DNA of 63,800 bases, filler included, from Lama guanicoe (taxonomy: Eukaryota), in NCBI GenBank assembly GCA_013239625.1. It is 213 parts of 213 records of this genome, joined end to end, with 100 filler letters (N's around TTAATTAATTAA, not from the genome) between each part and the next. Parts side by side here need not be neighbours in the genome. Positions count along the whole stretch, not along the records: positions 26,401 to 26,600 come from PNXV01030244.1; positions 26,701 to 26,900 come from PNXV01030245.1; positions 27,001 to 27,200 come from PNXV01030246.1; positions 27,301 to 27,500 come from PNXV01030247.1; positions 27,601 to 27,800 come from PNXV01030248.1; positions 27,901 to 28,100 come from PNXV01030249.1; positions 28,201 to 28,400 come from PNXV01030250.1; positions 28,501 to 28,700 come from PNXV01030251.1; 205 more parts are not named here. One strand, written 5' to 3'. The notes beneath the pieces are model-generated. The model made no database searches, was not told where the DNA came from, and saw only the letters and a list, made by a program, of their open reading frames with translations. This document shows, one piece after another, positions 26,301 to 39,200 of the stretch. Position numbers and translations under genes: made by a program. Numbering within the stretch: the first letter of the stretch is position 1; every line of letters begins with the position of its first letter.

Positions 26301-28312
26301 NNNNNNNNNNNNNNNNNNNNNNNNNNNNNNNNNNNNNNNNNNNNTTAATTAATTAANNNNNNNNNNNNNNNNNNNNNNNNNNNNNNNNNNNNNNNNNNNN
26401 AGCTGACAGTTGGACTGGCTACTGAATTCTAGGTTGAAAACATTTGCTCCGCGTTTTGAAGGTATTCATGTCTAGCATTCGTTCTTGCTGTTTTGAAAAC
26501 ATAATCCATGCAAATCATTACTTTGTGTGTGGCTAGTAACTCTATTAACATTCCCTGCTCTTTTTCGCCCTCTGTGCTTAGGCCTGCCCTGCTGTCTTTC
26601 NNNNNNNNNNNNNNNNNNNNNNNNNNNNNNNNNNNNNNNNNNNNTTAATTAATTAANNNNNNNNNNNNNNNNNNNNNNNNNNNNNNNNNNNNNNNNNNNN
26701 CTGTATTAGAAATGTGTGAAAACACTCACTGCTGCTGGTGGAGCAGAAGAGACCAGCCTCAGTGACTGCAGGAATGAATAGAACATGCAGACTACAGGGA
26801 AAATGTACTGCACGTAAACAGTGGGCTCTGTAAGATCCATCCCACACAGGTAGGAGCTAAGAACGCTGAAACCACTCATCTGGAGCAGAATGAGAAATGA
26901 NNNNNNNNNNNNNNNNNNNNNNNNNNNNNNNNNNNNNNNNNNNNTTAATTAATTAANNNNNNNNNNNNNNNNNNNNNNNNNNNNNNNNNNNNNNNNNNNN
27001 AATCAAAATGCAACCAGAAATGAAAATATGAGCCTCTGGTAAGAATTTACATATCCAGAATTTTTTCTCCTTATCATCACATAAATAGTTTTCTTTTTAA
27101 GGTTACCTATGAACTTCACATTGCTAAATATATTGTCAATTCTCAGTTCTGATTTTAATAGCAGTTCACTGTTCATCATTCTTCTCCTTGAAATGCTTTG
27201 NNNNNNNNNNNNNNNNNNNNNNNNNNNNNNNNNNNNNNNNNNNNTTAATTAATTAANNNNNNNNNNNNNNNNNNNNNNNNNNNNNNNNNNNNNNNNNNNN
27301 GACCCTTTGCTTTGATCACCCTCTCTCTCTTGCGAACAATACCTTTTCAACCTAGTTCTTAACACGTATAAATGCAATCGGTTCAAGATGTGCTTCATAT
27401 TAAACTTTTTTGTTTCAAATAGAATTATTTCATTTATTCTCAATGACTCATAATGAATCCACACCTCCATATTTATACCTCTAGCATTTTCTTACAAATA
27501 NNNNNNNNNNNNNNNNNNNNNNNNNNNNNNNNNNNNNNNNNNNNTTAATTAATTAANNNNNNNNNNNNNNNNNNNNNNNNNNNNNNNNNNNNNNNNNNNN
27601 CTAAGATGTACTAATGTTCATCACCCTTTTGGTGTACCCCTCAAGCCCACAACAAGATAAATGGAAGTACTGATAATGGCTACCTTATCATAAGACCACT
27701 GTAAAGATTAAACTAGAGAAGGCACGTGGAATTACTTCATAAACTGTAAATATATCTTGCTGCCTCCTCATAAAATCTATTCAAGTGAATGACCCTGCCC
27801 NNNNNNNNNNNNNNNNNNNNNNNNNNNNNNNNNNNNNNNNNNNNTTAATTAATTAANNNNNNNNNNNNNNNNNNNNNNNNNNNNNNNNNNNNNNNNNNNN
27901 CTCCACCTGACTGTAATGGGTCCCCACAGAAAGAGTGGTGTCTGCCTAGGACAAACACTGCCTCCTGCATAACGAAACTGAGGCTGGTCCTGCACTGGAC
28001 TAGACTCTTCCTCACTTCAAATCATCGCTTGAGGACTATCTGGTTGTAAGTGTCTGCTGTGGCTTGGGAGCCCTAGAGAGAGAGAGCTATGTCCAGAGTG
28101 NNNNNNNNNNNNNNNNNNNNNNNNNNNNNNNNNNNNNNNNNNNNTTAATTAATTAANNNNNNNNNNNNNNNNNNNNNNNNNNNNNNNNNNNNNNNNNNNN
28201 GCGCCCCGGAAGCCTGGTCCTGTACGCGCCCTCCCCCGGGGGCGGGGGGTGGGGCGGCTGGCGCCTCGGGTCGGTGCCCAGGGCCTCTCACGCTCCCTCC
28301 CCTCCCCCGCAG

Positions 28313-28400
28313 ACGTGCTCCTGTCGGCCGAGGTGAGCGGCGGGGACCGCCTGGACTGTGTGAAAGCCAGCGACCAGTGCCTGAAGGAGCAGAGCTGCAG
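28313..28400 (+). CDS. GFRA1: 5' part of a coding exon of GDNF family receptor alpha-1 (end of signal peptide, start of domain 1)
   Basis: Acceptor ctccctcccctcccccgcag| (AG at 28311-28312), phase 1, then (D)VLLSAEVSGGDRLDCVKASDQCLKEQSCS, matching the GFRA1 N-terminus. CpG-island context. Confidence 0.95.
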
Positions 28401-28500
28401 NNNNNNNNNNNNNNNNNNNNNNNNNNNNNNNNNNNNNNNNNNNNTTAATTAATTAANNNNNNNNNNNNNNNNNNNNNNNNNNNNNNNNNNNNNNNNNNNN

Positions 28501-28556
28501 TAAAAATAAATAAATAATACTAATTACCTTCTCCTCCCTGCCCCCCCCCCAAAAAA
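28501..28556 (+). mobile_element. 3' tail of a Vic-1-like SINE
   Basis: aaataaataaataatactaattacct...cccc-aaaaaa resembles the tail at 60480-60500. Confidence 0.55.
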
Positions 28557-30300
28557 CAATTTTGGAGGAAGAAAATCTGGACAAATGCTTTTTACTAGCA
28601 ATCAAAACAGATCTTTGACAAGTGTAACAAAATTGAGAAATATATAGAAGAAAAATTAGGAATAATAAAGAGTGATTTAGCCACAGATACAGAAATAACA
28701 NNNNNNNNNNNNNNNNNNNNNNNNNNNNNNNNNNNNNNNNNNNNTTAATTAATTAANNNNNNNNNNNNNNNNNNNNNNNNNNNNNNNNNNNNNNNNNNNN
28801 CAGATAAGAATACAAAACATTGAAGTAGCATATTGACTTGTCTGTGTGCACAAAAGACAAAAGGAGACCTTACTAAGAAAAAGATTGACTTCAAACTTCT
28901 GCTTTTTATTAAGACTCACATGTATCATTTTCTTTTTCTCTCATCAACGTAGATGATTGATCACATCTAGCCCCCAACTAATAGCTTCAGAGGAAGAGTT
29001 NNNNNNNNNNNNNNNNNNNNNNNNNNNNNNNNNNNNNNNNNNNNTTAATTAATTAANNNNNNNNNNNNNNNNNNNNNNNNNNNNNNNNNNNNNNNNNNNN
29101 AGCTCATGTGCATGGACTATTAACATAAGAATTCCATAAATACCTTTCCAAAACTGCACCCCTCAAAAACTCTATTCAGTAATTCAGAAGATGTCATATC
29201 CATAGATAAGACTTGATTCCAAAAACACAGGATCAACACATGAAATTGTTAAGACTATAAGAGCAAATTCTTCTTAAATGATGCAGTACTGAGGGGAAGC
29301 NNNNNNNNNNNNNNNNNNNNNNNNNNNNNNNNNNNNNNNNNNNNTTAATTAATTAANNNNNNNNNNNNNNNNNNNNNNNNNNNNNNNNNNNNNNNNNNNN
29401 CTCACCCTTCATTGATTCAGCAGAAATAAACCCTGGAGGTATCCGGTTTTGTCAGTGGCTTTGGCTGCCATCACAAGGGAGACCTGTGGAGTCAAGTAAG
29501 AGCCTGTCTGGGAGGCAGCACTGTCTGCTGGGGTGTGTGAAGGCTGGCCATGTAGTGCCATACTTCCTTCTAGGGGAGCTCCGGGTAACCAAAGGGGTGT
29601 NNNNNNNNNNNNNNNNNNNNNNNNNNNNNNNNNNNNNNNNNNNNTTAATTAATTAANNNNNNNNNNNNNNNNNNNNNNNNNNNNNNNNNNNNNNNNNNNN
29701 CACTGTGAGTGGACACCTACCTAAGGCTAAAATGCTTTCCTCATCTTTTACTTCATAGCAGGTGTTTGAGGGTAGGTATCAGTGTCTCCTGTTTTGCAGC
29801 TGAGCGATTGAGAGATGGGCCAGCTTGTCCCAAATCTCACGCAGCTGGTGGTGGCTAGCTCTGTGCTGGAATCCAGGCTGCACAGGATGCATTCTCAATT
29901 NNNNNNNNNNNNNNNNNNNNNNNNNNNNNNNNNNNNNNNNNNNNTTAATTAATTAANNNNNNNNNNNNNNNNNNNNNNNNNNNNNNNNNNNNNNNNNNNN
30001 AAGGGAGTGAAAGGACTATAACTAAAAGAGTTACATAGCCTTGCCAAGTGTACAAACGGGAGTCAGACTTATGTAAGGGGCTGGATGCAGAAAGTCTGAT
30101 GTCAAGGGTATCATGACACAAAGATAAGGGACACTTTATAAAACTGGGAAACTCTCCTATCAAACTATATTTAATACTCTATCAAGGATCCAGGAGTCAG
30201 NNNNNNNNNNNNNNNNNNNNNNNNNNNNNNNNNNNNNNNNNNNNTTAATTAATTAANNNNNNNNNNNNNNNNNNNNNNNNNNNNNNNNNNNNNNNNNNNN

Positions 30301-30480
30301 CCCTGTGCTATACAGTATAAACTTGTTGTTTATCTATTTTATATATAGCGGTTAATATCTGCAAATCTTGAACTCCCAATTTATCACTTCCCACCCCCTT
30401 TCCCACCCTGGTAATCATAAGTTTGTTTTTTTTTAATGTCTGTGAGTCTGTTTGTTTTGTCAATAAGTTCATTTGTGTCT
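30301..30480 (-). mobile_element. L1 3'UTR
   Basis: ccctgtgctatacagta...ttgtttatctattttatatatag...gtctgtgagtctgttt...aataagttcatttgtgtc. Confidence 0.85.
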
Positions 30481-30600
30481 TTTTTTTTTTTTTTTTTATT
30501 NNNNNNNNNNNNNNNNNNNNNNNNNNNNNNNNNNNNNNNNNNNNTTAATTAATTAANNNNNNNNNNNNNNNNNNNNNNNNNNNNNNNNNNNNNNNNNNNN

Positions 30601-30800
30601 TTTAAGTGTTGCCCATTTTGCCCACGAGAAGCGTCTCCGAGGCACTCATATCCGCGCTGACCAGTCCCTCAGAGTCGCACGCACCACACAAAATGAGCCC
30701 GCAGTGCTCTTACCAAACCGCCCTCCGTCTGCCGAACAGAAGCTGGCCCCGCTCACCCCGAGCGCGCCGGCCGCACCTCCTCCGGGGCTGACGCGGGCCC
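30601..30800. promoter_or_regulatory. CpG-island fragment
   Basis: Dense CpG, GC-rich; no gene identified. Confidence 0.45.
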
Positions 30801-30900
30801 NNNNNNNNNNNNNNNNNNNNNNNNNNNNNNNNNNNNNNNNNNNNTTAATTAATTAANNNNNNNNNNNNNNNNNNNNNNNNNNNNNNNNNNNNNNNNNNNN

Positions 30901-31100
30901 ATAAAACAACCTTATACATGCGCCTGACTATACTAATTCTTGAGAACTGACGGAATTCCATTTGGCTAATCCACTTGGAATTATACACTAGTCTTTTTCA
31001 TAGCGGGTATGAAAACAGTAACGGGAGAAGTCTGCATTCGCCATTAGTAGGTACAATGTGATTATTCTTTTTCTTTTTCATTGTTGCCTTTGGCCACTTA
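30901..31100 (+). repeat. Near-identical duplicate of 31501-31700 (4 substitutions)
   Basis: Direct comparison: differences at fragment positions 50, 91, 122, 151 only. Confidence 0.97.
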
Positions 31101-31200
31101 NNNNNNNNNNNNNNNNNNNNNNNNNNNNNNNNNNNNNNNNNNNNTTAATTAATTAANNNNNNNNNNNNNNNNNNNNNNNNNNNNNNNNNNNNNNNNNNNN

Positions 31201-31400
31201 CTGGGAGAGGATTGCCTTCATGGCTTGAAGATGGCTGTCTTCCCACTATATTCATGGTCCAGAGAACACAGAGAAGCAAGCACTCTGGGGCCTTTTATAA
31301 GGGCACTAATCCAATTCATGAGGGCTCTACTCTCTTGACCTCATTTTATCTTACTAATCACCTCCCAAAGGCCCCGCCTCCCAATACCATCACCCTGGGA
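31201..31400. mobile_element. MLT1 (MaLR) LTR
   Basis: ttttataagggcactaatcc.attcatgagggctct...taatcacctcccaaaggcccc.cctcccaataccatcac. Confidence 0.85.
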
Positions 31401-31800
31401 NNNNNNNNNNNNNNNNNNNNNNNNNNNNNNNNNNNNNNNNNNNNTTAATTAATTAANNNNNNNNNNNNNNNNNNNNNNNNNNNNNNNNNNNNNNNNNNNN
31501 ATAAAACAACCTTATACATGCGCCTGACTATACTAATTCTTGAGAACTGGCGGAATTCCATTTGGCTAATCCACTTGGAATTATACACTATTCTTTTTCA
31601 TAGCGGGTATGAAAACAGTAATGGGAGAAGTCTGCATTCGCCATTAGTAGATACAATGTGATTATTCTTTTTCTTTTTCATTGTTGCCTTTGGCCACTTA
31701 NNNNNNNNNNNNNNNNNNNNNNNNNNNNNNNNNNNNNNNNNNNNTTAATTAATTAANNNNNNNNNNNNNNNNNNNNNNNNNNNNNNNNNNNNNNNNNNNN

Positions 31801-32000
31801 TTCTCATGATTCTGTGGGTTGACTCAGTGGTTCATTATGGGCTGGGCCAAGTCAGCTGGGCCTGGAAGGTCTAGGATGGCTTCACGTATATGGAGCCTCA
31901 GCTGGGTCTGTGGGGGGGCCTCTCGCCCTGTGTCTCTCATCACCCAGGACGCTAGCCCGGGCTTGTGCACGTGGTGGTGGAGGGGTCCCCACCAGCAAGC
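31801..32000. mobile_element. Old MLT1-type LTR
   Basis: ttctcatgattctgtgggttgact...tcagctgggcctggaaggtctaggatggcttcac...gctagcccgggctt. Confidence 0.6.
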
Positions 32001-33300
32001 NNNNNNNNNNNNNNNNNNNNNNNNNNNNNNNNNNNNNNNNNNNNTTAATTAATTAANNNNNNNNNNNNNNNNNNNNNNNNNNNNNNNNNNNNNNNNNNNN
32101 GAGAAATAGACTCCGTCTCTTGAAGAGAGGTGGCAAGGTCACACCATGGTAGAGCATATGGGATCAGAGATGTGGTTTCTTGCATCTTTAGAAAATACAT
32201 TCTGCTTCAAGGGCAAACAAAACACATGTGAAGTGAATATAGCCTAAAACCCACCAGTCTATAGACTTTTAGACAATGGGTACTTAGTGGGCAGCATGAG
32301 NNNNNNNNNNNNNNNNNNNNNNNNNNNNNNNNNNNNNNNNNNNNTTAATTAATTAANNNNNNNNNNNNNNNNNNNNNNNNNNNNNNNNNNNNNNNNNNNN
32401 CTCGCAGAACAAAGATGTTTTCTCCAGAATAAATTGACTCCCTCTCTGCACCCTGAGTCCTGGTTTCCCACAAATGCAGCCTATGGTCCCGCTCAGCTCA
32501 CCGCGGGAGGAGGGAGGCGTGGGCCTGTGAACGGGCGACTGGGAACGGGGCGCTTGGGGCGCTTCCTGCTGGGCTTATGGCACAAGCCCTGGGGGATTTC
32601 NNNNNNNNNNNNNNNNNNNNNNNNNNNNNNNNNNNNNNNNNNNNTTAATTAATTAANNNNNNNNNNNNNNNNNNNNNNNNNNNNNNNNNNNNNNNNNNNN
32701 GGGAATTTTTGAATCATAAGATAAACACATATGTTGTTTTGTTAAATTCCTCTCCATAAGGATTCTACAGATTGGAATTTGCACTAGAAATGTGGGAGTG
32801 CCAGTTTTCCCACAGCTGTATTAACAAATTCATGGCATTTTAGAATTGGCAAAAAAAATATGTAGATGCCTTATTCCAACATCTTTATTTTGCAAATGAG
32901 NNNNNNNNNNNNNNNNNNNNNNNNNNNNNNNNNNNNNNNNNNNNTTAATTAATTAANNNNNNNNNNNNNNNNNNNNNNNNNNNNNNNNNNNNNNNNNNNN
33001 GACCCGCCAAAGCTAAGAGGCACCTTCGTCCCCGTGAGGGGAGCGGACACAACGAAAAAATCTCCCTTGTCTTGTCTGCGACACCGGCACAGGGTGGCTA
33101 CACTGAGAGGGAAAAGGACATAGACAGCCAATGAGTCAACGCTCCTGTGCTCTTGGAGGCTAGGATGCTATTTCTTTGAGAAAGTCTCCTACCTGATTCT
33201 NNNNNNNNNNNNNNNNNNNNNNNNNNNNNNNNNNNNNNNNNNNNTTAATTAATTAANNNNNNNNNNNNNNNNNNNNNNNNNNNNNNNNNNNNNNNNNNNN

Positions 33301-33500
33301 ACCTAAGAGCCAAACCTGGTCTGTGGCTTGCTTTTATAAATAAAATTTTGTTGCAACAAAGACACACATTCATTTATGTATTGGGTATGGCTGCTTCTGT
33401 GTTAATAAGTACAGAATTGAACAATTTCAGCAGAACCAACATGGACCACAAAACATATGATATTCACTCTCTGGCTCCTTACAGAAGAAGTTTGCAGTCC
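33301..33500. mobile_element. MER58A-like DNA transposon fossil
   Basis: ttttataaataaaattttgttgcaaca...cattcatttatgtatt..tatggctgctt...ttacagaagaagtttgc. Confidence 0.8.
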
Positions 33501-33914
33501 NNNNNNNNNNNNNNNNNNNNNNNNNNNNNNNNNNNNNNNNNNNNTTAATTAATTAANNNNNNNNNNNNNNNNNNNNNNNNNNNNNNNNNNNNNNNNNNNN
33601 CTGAGGGGCCACGTTGGAGCCCCCCAGCCCCTAGGATGGGAATCCTTCCCTTCCCGTTCTGGTTTGGTTTCCTGGCAAGCTCAGCGCCATTTGTCTTAGT
33701 ATTTGTGTCTTCCCTCTCATGCCAAGGCACAGAGGGGTGTTCTGACATGTGCTGGCATCTTGGTGATCTCTTAACTTTCTTTTCCCCCTGACATCCTCCA
33801 NNNNNNNNNNNNNNNNNNNNNNNNNNNNNNNNNNNNNNNNNNNNTTAATTAATTAANNNNNNNNNNNNNNNNNNNNNNNNNNNNNNNNNNNNNNNNNNNN
33901 GGATTAGAATTTAT

Positions 33915-34100
33915 TTTAAAATATAGTAAATATAAAATATATATATATATATAAGTATACATATAAATATAAAATTTATATAATATTAAGTCTGATTCTG
34001 GCTATATTATTTTCACTGTGATTACAATTCTATAAAATATATAATGATTTATATGTACATATGACAGATATGTGTGTGACATACACACATTTACACACTA
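33915..34100. repeat. AT-rich low-complexity / (TA)n
   Basis: atatatatatatata runs and AT-rich flanks. Confidence 0.7.
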
Positions 34101-34829
34101 NNNNNNNNNNNNNNNNNNNNNNNNNNNNNNNNNNNNNNNNNNNNTTAATTAATTAANNNNNNNNNNNNNNNNNNNNNNNNNNNNNNNNNNNNNNNNNNNN
34201 TGAAAACACACTGAGCAAACAAACAACCTCGTGCCCTCAGCTCAGCAGCCTCTGTGAAGGAGCCAGGAGACCCATGCTCCTTGTCACTGGGAAGCTGACG
34301 AAGATCTCCTCACTGCTGAAAACCCCTGACCTTCTCTGCACAGAAGACTGGCGTCATCCTTTCGAGGGGCTCTGCCCGTGAGATCTCTGCGCACACCCCC
34401 NNNNNNNNNNNNNNNNNNNNNNNNNNNNNNNNNNNNNNNNNNNNTTAATTAATTAANNNNNNNNNNNNNNNNNNNNNNNNNNNNNNNNNNNNNNNNNNNN
34501 CGGTTCCTTTACTTGGGAAGTACTGAACTAAGGTCAAAGTGAAGTCAACACTCTCACCCACACGAAGGCAATACTGGCCCTCCCCTGCCGGTCCGCTCTG
34601 TGACCCACCACAGACATTATTCTCCACTCGGGCTGGACTCATTCCATTAATACATTCTTTGCCACTTTTTATACCCATATGTATACTTTTTCCTTTTAGC
34701 NNNNNNNNNNNNNNNNNNNNNNNNNNNNNNNNNNNNNNNNNNNNTTAATTAATTAANNNNNNNNNNNNNNNNNNNNNNNNNNNNNNNNNNNNNNNNNNNN
34801 TACTTCAGTTTAAAAAGGTTTTTAAAAAA

Positions 34830-35000
34830 GACAAGAGATAACAAGTGATGGCAAGGGTGTGAAGAAAAGGGAGCGCTGGTACACTTAGTGGGAATGTACA
34901 TTGGAACAGCTGTTACAGAAAATGGGAGAGAGATTTCTCAAAAAACTAATAAGAGAACCTCCATACAGTCCATATGCTCTAGAAATCCCACTTCTGAAAC
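34830..35000 (+). mobile_element. L1 ORF2 C-terminal fragment
   Basis: ataacaagtgatggcaagggtgtgaagaaaaggga...gtgggaatgta...ttctcaaaaaactaa...aatcccacttctg. Confidence 0.75.
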
Positions 35001-35700
35001 NNNNNNNNNNNNNNNNNNNNNNNNNNNNNNNNNNNNNNNNNNNNTTAATTAATTAANNNNNNNNNNNNNNNNNNNNNNNNNNNNNNNNNNNNNNNNNNNN
35101 ACCCAACTTCGCTCACAGCCTGGCCAATGGAAACAATCAAGGAAAGCAAACCAAATGATATTATAAATTCCCAGTTGCTGATGTCATTTGGAGGTGCCTA
35201 CCTACACTCAGTATACCAGAACTATTCTTCTTGGGTGTGCTGGAGGTGGTTAAAGAGAGACCACGCATTTATATGGGGGGCAGGTGTTTAAAGTTTAGGG
35301 NNNNNNNNNNNNNNNNNNNNNNNNNNNNNNNNNNNNNNNNNNNNTTAATTAATTAANNNNNNNNNNNNNNNNNNNNNNNNNNNNNNNNNNNNNNNNNNNN
35401 GGTGTGGCAGGGACAGACAAGTTGGCTAAGAGTATGATCTGTGGCACAGGAGAACGTAGCCAGCCCGGGGGCCCTGGGCGCAGATTGGGTGCCTCATCTA
35501 GTTTGGGAGCAATCATGGGAGGCATCCTGGAAGAAGTGACTCCTGAGCTGGGTCTTGAGGTGGGTATTCAGAGGCTTGATCGGACTAAAGATCAAGATGT
35601 NNNNNNNNNNNNNNNNNNNNNNNNNNNNNNNNNNNNNNNNNNNNTTAATTAATTAANNNNNNNNNNNNNNNNNNNNNNNNNNNNNNNNNNNNNNNNNNNN

Positions 35701-35900
35701 TGTACAGTAATATTGTATCTAGCAACTTTACCAAATTCATTGATAAGCTTTGGTAGTTTTCTGGTGACATTTTTAGAATTTTCTATATATAGTATCATGT
35801 CTTCTGCAAACAGTGACATTTTTTACTCCTTTCTTTCCAATTTGGGTAATTTTTCTTTTTCTTGTGTGGTTGCTATGGCTAGGACTTCTAATACTATGCT
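35701..35900 (-). mobile_element. L1 ORF2 RT fragment (antisense of the LFADDM region)
   Basis: atagtatcatgtcttctgcaaacagtgac reads SLFAEDMIL on the minus strand; ggctaggacttctaatactatg. Confidence 0.88.
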
Positions 35901-36900
35901 NNNNNNNNNNNNNNNNNNNNNNNNNNNNNNNNNNNNNNNNNNNNTTAATTAATTAANNNNNNNNNNNNNNNNNNNNNNNNNNNNNNNNNNNNNNNNNNNN
36001 TCAGCACTCAGTATTCTACCTGGAGCAAAGGAGGCACTCAGTCAGTGATAAATATTGAATTGCCTAAATTTCCCAACATAGTATTAAAATGGAGTTATGG
36101 AGAATTCAGCCTGTGAGTCAGTCAAGATTGAAAACCTTAAAGAGTAAATTAAATGCTCTATATTTTACCTTCTGAGAATCTGGTAAATAGTCTGGTTCAT
36201 NNNNNNNNNNNNNNNNNNNNNNNNNNNNNNNNNNNNNNNNNNNNTTAATTAATTAANNNNNNNNNNNNNNNNNNNNNNNNNNNNNNNNNNNNNNNNNNNN
36301 TACATGCTGTTCCCTCCACCCAAGGCCCTCCCTCAACCATGTCAGCCCAATGAACTCCCATTAATCCATCCTTCCTCTAAGGCTCGGTAGTGCAATTACT
36401 TCCTCCCCGGGGGAGCCTTCTGGAACTGGCCCCAGGAGGCCTCCCTTATCGTGTTTGCTCTGGGCCCTGCCCGTGCAGTCCTCTGTTTTACCACTTGGCA
36501 NNNNNNNNNNNNNNNNNNNNNNNNNNNNNNNNNNNNNNNNNNNNTTAATTAATTAANNNNNNNNNNNNNNNNNNNNNNNNNNNNNNNNNNNNNNNNNNNN
36601 CCACGCGGCTCTAGCCCCGCACAATGGCTGGCCCTCGGCAACGAGCTAGCGGCAGTGCACCCTCCGTCACCAGCCTCACGCTGTGCCAGGCACCTCGTGG
36701 AGCTTCACAACCGTGACCTCACCACTCTTCCTGGCCAAACCACGAGGTAGACACTAACATAGTCCACAGAAGGTGGACGTGGGCCCAAAGTCACACAACT
36801 NNNNNNNNNNNNNNNNNNNNNNNNNNNNNNNNNNNNNNNNNNNNTTAATTAATTAANNNNNNNNNNNNNNNNNNNNNNNNNNNNNNNNNNNNNNNNNNNN

Positions 36901-37100
36901 ACAAAGAAGAACTCATACTGATCCTTCTCAAACTCTTCCAAAAGACTGAAAATGAGAGAGCACTTCCATACTCATTCTATGAAGCCACCATTACCCTGAT
37001 ACTAAAACCAGACAGAGACAATATCAAAAAAGAAAATGACAGGCCAATATAATTGATGAACATAGATGCAAAAATCCTCAACAAAATATTAGCAAACAGA
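36901..37100 (+). pseudogene. L1 ORF2 reverse-transcriptase fragment with in-frame stop
   Basis: Translates [65 protein letters not shown] (canonical [21 protein letters not shown] motif). Confidence 0.95.
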
Positions 37101-37200
37101 NNNNNNNNNNNNNNNNNNNNNNNNNNNNNNNNNNNNNNNNNNNNTTAATTAATTAANNNNNNNNNNNNNNNNNNNNNNNNNNNNNNNNNNNNNNNNNNNN

Positions 37201-37380
37201 GGCTTTTGTGTGGACGTGGTTTATAGCTCCTTTTGTAAATACCAAAGAGTTGGGCTGTAAGAGCAAATTAGTTTTCGTAAGAAACTGCCAACCACCTTCC
37301 AAAGTGGCGGCACTGTCTTGCAGTCCCCCCAGTGGGGAATGGGGTCTCCCAGTGCCCTGCGTCCTCACCAGCATCCCGTT
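37201..37380 (-). mobile_element. L1M fragment
   Basis: gtaaataccaa.gagt...gtaagaaactgccaa.c..cttccaaagtggc...tcctcaccagcat. Confidence 0.75.
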
Positions 37381-38100
37381 TCCTCGGTGATGGGGATTTG
37401 NNNNNNNNNNNNNNNNNNNNNNNNNNNNNNNNNNNNNNNNNNNNTTAATTAATTAANNNNNNNNNNNNNNNNNNNNNNNNNNNNNNNNNNNNNNNNNNNN
37501 CCGGGAATCCTGGTGGGGTCCCGTGGAGGGCGGGGAAACCGGCCCACGCAGCACAGGAGAGAGACAGTGCGCATGCTCGTTACTGCTCGCCTCCCATCGT
37601 CCCTCGTCGTGTAGCGTGTGCAGCTTGTTCTGGGTGCCGAAGTTTTCGCAACACGTCTCACTGTCTGGCCTGTTTCTACTCGGCTGCGATCAGCTGGTAG
37701 NNNNNNNNNNNNNNNNNNNNNNNNNNNNNNNNNNNNNNNNNNNNTTAATTAATTAANNNNNNNNNNNNNNNNNNNNNNNNNNNNNNNNNNNNNNNNNNNN
37801 GGAAGCAGATGGTCAGAAACCAATGAATCAGCCTGCGTATTTACCGGCCTGCGCCTGCTGCGGAGTGGGCTTAATCAACAGTGAGTATGATGAGCAAATC
37901 CCAGGCCGGCGCCAATGCAACTCCCTCTCTCCTTCTCTTCTTTCTTCCACTGCCCTCCCACCCCAAGAGCTCAGAATTCCATTTAACCATTTAGGGGACA
38001 NNNNNNNNNNNNNNNNNNNNNNNNNNNNNNNNNNNNNNNNNNNNTTAATTAATTAANNNNNNNNNNNNNNNNNNNNNNNNNNNNNNNNNNNNNNNNNNNN

Positions 38101-38300
38101 TTCCATGTTCTTAATTCTGGGATCTATATTCTCTATTCTATATTCTATATTTTCTGTTCATCATTCTATATTGTGTATTCTATATTCTGCGTTCCGTCGT
38201 CTATATTCAATATTCTGTGTTCTACATTCAATATTCTATATTCTATATTCTGTATTCTGTATTCTATATTCTCAATTCTGTTTTCTGCATTCCATGTTCT
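38101..38300 (+). repeat. Degenerate heptamer satellite (ATTCTAT/ATTCTGT)n
   Basis: 7-bp periodicity; shares ctgcattccatgtt with 20101-20300. Confidence 0.88.
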
Positions 38301-39059
38301 NNNNNNNNNNNNNNNNNNNNNNNNNNNNNNNNNNNNNNNNNNNNTTAATTAATTAANNNNNNNNNNNNNNNNNNNNNNNNNNNNNNNNNNNNNNNNNNNN
38401 CAGTGATCGGGAAGAACAGCTCTGACTTCACAGTGGGTCTGCTTCTCTTACTTTCACCTTTGTGCTCTATTGCCTTTGCTACAAGTTAATCACTAAAGGG
38501 AGGTCGCCTATAGCTTGAAGTATACATAATGGATGGCCCCTCTCTGGGGCCTCCTGTGTCTGAGCATTAACCTAAAATACCTTTGTTGAGCTCAAGGAAA
38601 NNNNNNNNNNNNNNNNNNNNNNNNNNNNNNNNNNNNNNNNNNNNTTAATTAATTAANNNNNNNNNNNNNNNNNNNNNNNNNNNNNNNNNNNNNNNNNNNN
38701 AGTCTCCCTTCTTTTTTAATTCACTGTTCTCTTCTGATGTCTTCTCACATTTCTGGGACTCTTTCCCATGAATCTCACTAGTTTCTCTTCCTTTTTGGCA
38801 GTTTAGGTAGGAATTCGCAAGCTCTATTCCTTGTTTCCACTTTCTTTTTCGTTAACCTTTAATTGTAATGCTATTCACTCCATTGCACAGTAGTTGAAAG
38901 NNNNNNNNNNNNNNNNNNNNNNNNNNNNNNNNNNNNNNNNNNNNTTAATTAATTAANNNNNNNNNNNNNNNNNNNNNNNNNNNNNNNNNNNNNNNNNNNN
39001 GGAGGAAGGCTGGGTGGGGACGCGGGGAGGAGACACCCTCGGGGGAGCCACCCCACGGT

Positions 39060-39200
39060 CGCCTCCATCTAGGAAGTGCCGCCTCCAGAGCCCCAGGGGC
39101 TTAGGACGCACCCCAGTGACCTCGTTTCAACTTGCACTCTGTGAAGACCCTGTCTGCAATGACAGCCACCCTCCGAGGTGCTGGGTTAAGACCCAACACA
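39060..39200. mobile_element. MLT1-type LTR
   Basis: ccagtgacctcgtttcaacttg...ctgtgaagaccctgtct.caa...ctccgaggtgctgggttaagac.caaca. Confidence 0.6.

Noticed and set aside
38105..38300. Hydrophobic membrane-protein-like ORFs (also 20156-20300)
   Set aside because: They are translations of the ATTCTAT heptamer satellite.
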